From Ktedonobacterales bacterium (GTDB lineage Bacteria; Chloroflexota; Ktedonobacteria; Ktedonobacterales; JADMIN01): a stretch of DNA of 46,368 nucleotides. The notes beneath the pieces were generated by a model. It searched no databases. It had not been told where the DNA came from and saw nothing but the letters and a program-made list of their open reading frames with translations. Below, one piece after another: positions 41,531 to 46,368 of the stretch. The position numbers were made by a program, and so were the translations under genes. Every line of letters begins with the position of its first letter. The stretch's first letter is position 1. The stretch covers positions 1 to 46,368 of the forward strand of contig DATBTW010000417.1 in the NCBI GenBank assembly GCA_036559055.1. Direction: 5' to 3'.

Positions 41531-42796
41531 ATGACGAGCGGACAGGCGCAAGCGTCGAGTACGCGCCTCAGCGGGCGCTGGCTGCTGGCCGCGCGACTCG
41601 GCTGGCTGCTGCTGATGGCGCTGACGGTCGCGCCATTTGTCGCCTCCCTGCCAGGCTACCTCGACAGCGTCACGCATCCCTCGGCGCAGAACGCCGCGCT
41701 CTCTCCCGACGCTCAGGCGCTGATCGAAGCGAGCATCCCACTGGCGGCCTACGCCAGGGTCTCGTTCGCTCTGGTATGCCTGGGGCTGCTGGTCTCGCTC
41801 GCGCTGGCGCTGCTGCTGGCCTGGCGGCGCAGCGATGACTGGATGGCGCTCAGCGTCTCGCTCTTCATCGTCGTCTACGTCACGAGCAATCTGGGCGCGC
41901 CTCTCAATGGCGCCGAGGCCAATCCAGATAGCGCGTGGGCCATCGTGGTCGCGATTGTGACGACCGCGCCTGTGCTCATCATCACCTTCGGCGTGCTGCT
42001 GCTCTTCCCCAGCGGACGATTCGCGCCACGCTGGACATGGACGATCCTGGTCGCGCTGACGCTCTGGGCGCTGGTGGTGAACTCGCTGCCCGCGCTGCTC
42101 GGCGGCGCGCTCTTCCTGGGTTACCCTATCGCCATCTTCACCATCGTCGCCTGCATGGTCTATCGCTACCGGCGCGTCTCGACGCCCGCGCAGCGCCAGC
42201 AGACCAAGTGGGTGGTCGTCGGGCTGGTCGTCACGCTGGTCGCCAATCAGGTCTTCTGGATTCCGACGGGCTTCACGCCGCTGGGGCAGACGCTCTACGC
42301 GCCGCTGGCCTATCTGGTCTACCAACTGCTGCTGGCGCTGGCGCCCATCACGTTCTTCATCGCCATCCAGCGCTATCGGCTGTATGACATCGACGCTATC
42401 ATCAATCGCGCGCTGGTCTATGGCGCGCTGACCGCCGTGCTGGTCGGCGTCTATGCCGGATGCGTGCTGGGCGCGCAGCGAGTTATCGCGACGCTAACAG
42501 GCGATGTGGGAACCGAGCCAGTCGTCATCGTCGCCACCACCCTGCTCATCGCCGCACTCGTCCGTCCCCTGCGCGACGGCTTGCAGGCGCTGGTGGATCG
42601 CCGCTTCTATCGCAGCAAATATGACGCCGCCCGCACGGTCGCCGGATTCAGCGCCACTCTGCGCCAGGAGACTGAACTGGGCGCGCTGCAACGGCGCCTG
42701 CTGGAGACGGTCGAGCGCACGATGCAGCCCACGCATGCCTCCATCTGGTTGCTGTCAAAGCCCGCCGACCGCCCGGGCGCGCCGCAACAGATGTGA
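41531..42796 (+). CDS. multi-pass membrane protein resembling the N-terminal sensor module of histidine kinases, without transmitter domains
   Basis: About 8 hydrophobic helices, then RYRLYDIDAIINRALVYGALTAVLV...LRDGLQALVDRRFYRSKYDAARTV. The ORF ends about 60 aa later with no HisKA/HATPase motifs. Confidence 0.55.
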   Translation: MTSGQAQASSTRLSGRWLLAARLGWLLLMALTVAPFVASLPGYLDSVTHPSAQNAALSPDAQALIEASIPLAAYARVSFALVCLGLLVSLALALLLAWRRSDDWMALSVSLFIVVYVTSNLGAPLNGAEANPDSAWAIVVAIVTTAPVLIITFGVLLLFPSGRFAPRWTWTILVALTLWALVVNSLPALLGGALFLGYPIAIFTIVACMVYRYRRVSTPAQRQQTKWVVVGLVVTLVANQVFWIPTGFTPLGQTLYAPLAYLVYQLLLALAPITFFIAIQRYRLYDIDAIINRALVYGALTAVLVGVYAGCVLGAQRVIATLTGDVGTEPVVIVATTLLIAALVRPLRDGLQALVDRRFYRSKYDAARTVAGFSATLRQETELGALQRRLLETVERTMQPTHASIWLLSKPADRPGAPQQM

Positions 42797-42872
42797 AGCG
42801 CGGCGCACGGGCAGGCATCACTCATCTGCTGAGCGACGCCTGCCCGGAAGCGACTCTTGATTCGATACGACG

Positions 42873-43844
42873 CTAGTCTTCAGTGACGGTGAAGACGCTA
42901 ATCATGCCCATCAGGGCGTGCGGCATGCCCGTCTCGATGTCTGGAACGAAGCACCATGCGGCGTAGGTTCCCGGCTGGAGATGCAGCTCGACCCAGTGGG
43001 TCGATCCTGGGGCAATGGCTGCGGCGCCGCCAGAGTCGATCGGCTGCGCTGTCAGCCCACAGGCGCCGCCCGTCAGACACGAGAGCAACTCCTCTTTGGT
43101 CGTGCCTGCCGGGACACGCACCAGTTGGAACTCGTGGCTCTGATCCGCGACCGTCACTTTGAGCAGCAGCGGACGATCTTTGCTGATGACACTGGGCAGA
43201 CTGATTTGATGGTCGGACTCCGAGACTGTGCCATTGGCGAGCGGGGCGCCATTGACGACCTGCTCATCGCGATCCACTGGCGCCCAGGCGTCGGCGTCTG
43301 CCCAGAAGCTCTTGTGCATACCCAGCAGGAAATGCGGCGTGCCATTGGCGGTGGTATCGAAGCAGACCACGACGTAATGGCCAGCCGTCAGCCGCTCGAT
43401 GACGCGCTGCACACGATCTGGGGTGATGCTATCGGCGCCACCTGCCGCTGACGAGATGGCCAGCAGCGCATGCAGCGCGGGGACGATGACGCCGGGGTCC
43501 TGGCTGGTGAAGAGCGGCGTCAGCGCCTGCAAAAACTGGCTCTCGCTGACACCGGCGTCCAGCTTGAAGAACTGCGCCATGTGATCCTGGGAACCTTCAT
43601 TCGCGAAGTGAAACTCGACCAGGCCCGTAGGCACGCGCGATGGCACATTGAAGTAGCCACGGAAATTGGTGGCCGAGCCATTGTCGTGTGCGGTCACGTT
43701 GACTACATGGATCACCTGGCCGTGCTCGCCGTGAGCGGCGACCGGCGAAGCGGCGGCCAACGAGCCGCCAAATGTCACCAGAGCCAACAAACAGGGGAGT
43801 GTCAGGCGCGCGGCATTGCGTACAAGCAGTTTGTGGAACAGCAT
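42873..43844 (-). CDS. secreted protein with two cupredoxin-like repeats (putative copper-binding)
   Basis: Start moved to MLFHKLLV (GGAGG upstream). Signal peptide ending AASPVAAHG. The two halves each carry His (SQDHM / QSHEF) and C-x9/10-H-x4-M (CFDTTANGTPHFLLGM / CFVPDIETGMPHALMGM). Confidence 0.5.
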   Translation of the reverse strand: MLFHKLLVRNAARLTLPCLLALVTFGGSLAAASPVAAHGEHGQVIHVVNVTAHDNGSATNFRGYFNVPSRVPTGLVEFHFANEGSQDHMAQFFKLDAGVSESQFLQALTPLFTSQDPGVIVPALHALLAISSAAGGADSITPDRVQRVIERLTAGHYVVVCFDTTANGTPHFLLGMHKSFWADADAWAPVDRDEQVVNGAPLANGTVSESDHQISLPSVISKDRPLLLKVTVADQSHEFQLVRVPAGTTKEELLSCLTGGACGLTAQPIDSGGAAAIAPGSTHWVELHLQPGTYAAWCFVPDIETGMPHALMGMISVFTVTED

Positions 43845-44256
43845 TGTTATCCTCGCCTCCAACTTGCCTCCACGATGCGCCAACTGCGCAGGACAGCGGA
43901 CAGTCGCATCTATCACGCGCGGCCACGCTGGGCCACCTCATCTCTCCTTCCTGGCCAGCGCGCAGATCGACGCTCCGCGCTACACGGTTCGATGCGGGTC
44001 ACGCTGGAGCGCTCCGGCCAGGCCCCTTCTACACATTGGTCGAGGGCGTCACGTACTGCCATCCTGGGCCGGGCCGAGCGACTTCAGGAGCATGGCATGG
44101 GCTGGTTCAGGTGTGGCGCCGATGGCTGTAGCGCTACGGTGTGCGTGCGCCAGCGCTGGCGCCAGATCAGTAGCATGGTCACGCTGCGAGATTTCTGCGG
44201 CGCGCAGGCTGGGCATGGTAAGCTGAGAGCGCAGTGTTGTACGGAAAGGCGCGCCA

Positions 44257-45096
44257 ATGACCAACCAGAGCGGCCTCTTGCACGACCTCTTTGCGCTGGA
44301 TGGCCGCGTGGCCGCCGTGACGGGTGGCAGCGGCGCGCTGGGCGGCGCGCTGGCGATGGGGCTGGCGCGGGCGGGCGCGCGCGTCGCCGTGCTGGGGCGC
44401 CGCCAGGAGCCAGCCGAGCGCATGGCCGAGCGCATCCGCGCGGCGGGCGGCGAGGCGCTGGGGCTGGCCTGCGACGCGCTCGACCGCGCCGCGCTGGAGG
44501 CGACGCGGCAGACCATCGTCCAGCGCTTCGGCCCGGTAGACATCCTGGTGAACGGCGCGGGCGGCAACGACCCGCACGCCACGACCGACGCGGCTCATCC
44601 CTTCTTCGATCTGGACGCCGCAGCGGCGCAGGCGGTCTTCGCGGGCAACTTCCTCAGCGCATTCCAGGCCAGCCAGGTCTTCGCCCGTGCGATGGCCGAG
44701 CGCGGCGACGGCTGCATCCTCAATATCACCTCGATGAACGGGCTGCGCCCACTGACGCGCGTGGGCGTCTACAGCGCCGCCAAGGCCGCCGTGGCCAACT
44801 TCACGCAGTGGCTGGCGACCCACATGGCGCAGGAATATAGCCCCGCCATCCGTGTCAACGCCATCGCGCCGGGCTTCTTTCTGACCGAGCAGAATCGCTA
44901 CCTGCTGACGGATGCCGAGACGGGGCAACCGACGGCGCGCGGGCAGGCGATCCTGGCGCATACGCCGATGGGCCGCTTCGGCGCGCCAGATGACCTGGTG
45001 GGCGCGGCGCTGTGGCTGGTCAGCCCAGCGGCGGCCTTCGTGACGGGCGTCGTCGTGCCGGTGGATGGCGGCTTCTCCGCCTACAGCGGCGTCTGA
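44257..45096 (+). CDS. SDR family oxidoreductase
   Basis: 279 aa. TGGSGALGGA Rossmann motif, NGAG and the catalytic YSAAK. Confidence 0.85.
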   Translation: MTNQSGLLHDLFALDGRVAAVTGGSGALGGALAMGLARAGARVAVLGRRQEPAERMAERIRAAGGEALGLACDALDRAALEATRQTIVQRFGPVDILVNGAGGNDPHATTDAAHPFFDLDAAAAQAVFAGNFLSAFQASQVFARAMAERGDGCILNITSMNGLRPLTRVGVYSAAKAAVANFTQWLATHMAQEYSPAIRVNAIAPGFFLTEQNRYLLTDAETGQPTARGQAILAHTPMGRFGAPDDLVGAALWLVSPAAAFVTGVVVPVDGGFSAYSGV

Positions 45097-45112
45097 ACGG
45101 AGGTCGAGGGTC

Positions 45113-46368
45113 ATGGCGCCAACAGCAATCGAGACGCAGACGGGCGCGCTGGCGCCAGCTGAGGTCGAGCAAACACTGGCGCGAGCATTCGCCAACGTCG
45201 CGCTGGATGGCAAGCGCACGCTGGTCATCATCCCGGATGGCACGCGCACCGCGCCGATTCCGCTGCTCTTCGCGCTGCTGGGCGAGACGCTGGGCGCGCG
45301 TGTCCCCGCGCTGGACTATCTGATCGCCCTGGGAACGCACCCGCCGATGTCCGAGGAGGCGATTGATGCGCTGGTGGGCGTCTCCGCCGCCGAGCGCGAG
45401 CGGCGCTATCCCGGCGTGCAGGTCTTCAACCACCTGTGGGATCATCCCGATCAGCTTGCGCGCATCGGCGTCATCGGGGCCGAGGAGGCCATAGCGCTGA
45501 GCGATGGGCTTCTGAAGGAGGAGATTCCCGTCACGCTCAATCGCAAGCTGCTGGAATACGAGCACATCATCATCTGCGGGCCGGTCTTCCCACATGAGGT
45601 GGCAGGCTTCTCAGGCGGCGCGAAGTATCTCTTTCCCGGTGTCGCTGGCCCCGACATCATCAACTTCACGCACTGGCTGGGCGCGCTCGTCACCAGCATG
45701 GCGACCGTCGGCGGCAAGGATACACCCGTGCGTCGCGTCATCCACCGCGCGGCGGCATTTCTGCCACGCCCCATCACCTGCGTGGCGCTGGTCATGCATG
45801 GCGAGCAGTTCCAGGGGATGTATGTTGGCTCGTATACGGAAGCCTTCGCGGCGGCGGCAGATCAGTCGGCCCGCCTGAACATTATCTACAAGCCGCAGCC
45901 CTTCCGCAGCGTGCTCTCCATGCCCGCCGAGCGCTACGACGACCTGTGGACGGCGGCCAAGGCGATGTACAAGACTGAGCCGGTTATCGCCGATGGTGGT
46001 GAGGTCATCATCTACGCCCCGCACATCTCCGAAGTCTCGTATACCCACGGCAAGCTGATCGACGAGGTGGGGTATCACGTCCGCGACTACTTTCTGGGGC
46101 AGTGGACGCGCTTCGAGCAGACGCCGGGGATGATCCTGGCGCACAGCACGCATGTGCGCGGCGCGGGAACCTATGACACAGCCAGCGGCGTCGAGCGGCC
46201 ACGCATCCAGGTGACGCTGGCCACGAGCATCCCCGCCGAACGCTGCGCCCGCATCAACCTCGGCTACCGCGACTACCACGCCATCGATCCGCGCGCCTGG
46301 GAGAACCGCGAAGACGATGGCCTGCTGCTGGTGGAGCATGCCGGCGAGACGCTCTACCGCCTGCGCGA
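45113..46368 (+). CDS. LarA-like (lactate racemase N-terminal domain, DUF2088) protein, 3' end beyond the window
   Basis: Open frame from the ATG at 45113 (GGAGG upstream) to the window edge. It is absent from the ORF track because it is open-ended. IIPDGTRTAP, ALGTHPPM and PHEVAGFSGGAKYLFPG are LarA-family motifs. Confidence 0.75.
   Translation, partial: MAPTAIETQTGALAPAEVEQTLARAFANVALDGKRTLVIIPDGTRTAPIPLLFALLGETLGARVPALDYLIALGTHPPMSEEAIDALVGVSAAERERRYPGVQVFNHLWDHPDQLARIGVIGAEEAIALSDGLLKEEIPVTLNRKLLEYEHIIICGPVFPHEVAGFSGGAKYLFPGVAGPDIINFTHWLGALVTSMATVGGKDTPVRRVIHRAAAFLPRPITCVALVMHGEQFQGMYVGSYTEAFAAAADQSARLNIIYKPQPFRSVLSMPAERYDDLWTAAKAMYKTEPVIADGGEVIIYAPHISEVSYTHGKLIDEVGYHVRDYFLGQWTRFEQTPGMILAHSTHVRGAGTYDTASGVERPRIQVTLATSIPAERCARINLGYRDYHAIDPRAWENREDDGLLLVEHAGETLYRLR

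Noticed and set aside
43470-45249. 456-aa plus ORF (43470-44840) and 356-aa minus ORF (44179-45249)
   Set aside because: They overlap the cupredoxin-like and SDR genes out of frame or antisense. Their products are extremely Arg/Gly/Ala-rich with no motifs, while the SDR frame has textbook motifs.

Overview
This is a 46.4-kb, high-GC segment (roughly two thirds G+C by eye, with strongly GC3-biased genes). It reads as ordinary core chromosome of a Chloroflexota-like bacterium. That taxonomic guess is tentative and rests on gene content and a characteristic intergenic hairpin repeat.

I can support about 45 protein-coding genes. One of them (LarA-like) runs off the right edge and is missing from the ORF track. 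There is also one decayed panD pseudogene and four tRNAs: Val-TAC, Leu-GAG, Arg-GCG and Arg-TCG. I found several sigma-70-type promoters, a CIRCE-like operator and two intrinsic terminators. I saw no rRNA, CRISPR array, transposase, integrase or phage genes.

Recognisable housekeeping genes:
- rsmG, rpe and plsX
- hrcA-grpE-dnaK-dnaJ, with a promoter and CIRCE
- an Mre11/SbcD-type nuclease
- a queuosine-salvage (DUF2419) gene
- a GDPD-MFS pair
- a TMEM175-type channel
- DinB/ClbS-like four-helix-bundle genes

Many long ORFs in the track are antisense or out-of-frame shadows of real genes, which is typical of GC-rich DNA, and I rejected them.

I did not find a clear-cut novel system. The best candidates for follow-up are:
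1. The 38.3-41.0 kb locus. It carries a consensus promoter with a triple TTGCCA/TGGCAA half-site array, a 29-aa-repeat protein, a DUF2089 regulator that has lost all four zinc-ribbon cysteines, a roughly 280-nt leader or small ORF, and a bacterial eRF1/Pelota-like protein lacking GGQ.
2. A ChlI/ChlD-like AAA+/VWA pair that appears translationally coupled to rsmG. No ChlH/CobN-type partner is in view.
3. A secreted protein with two cupredoxin-like repeats, each carrying His...Cys-x9/10-His-x4-Met.
4. An intergenic hairpin repeat family with at least nine copies.

All functional calls come from motif recognition by eye. No database search was run.
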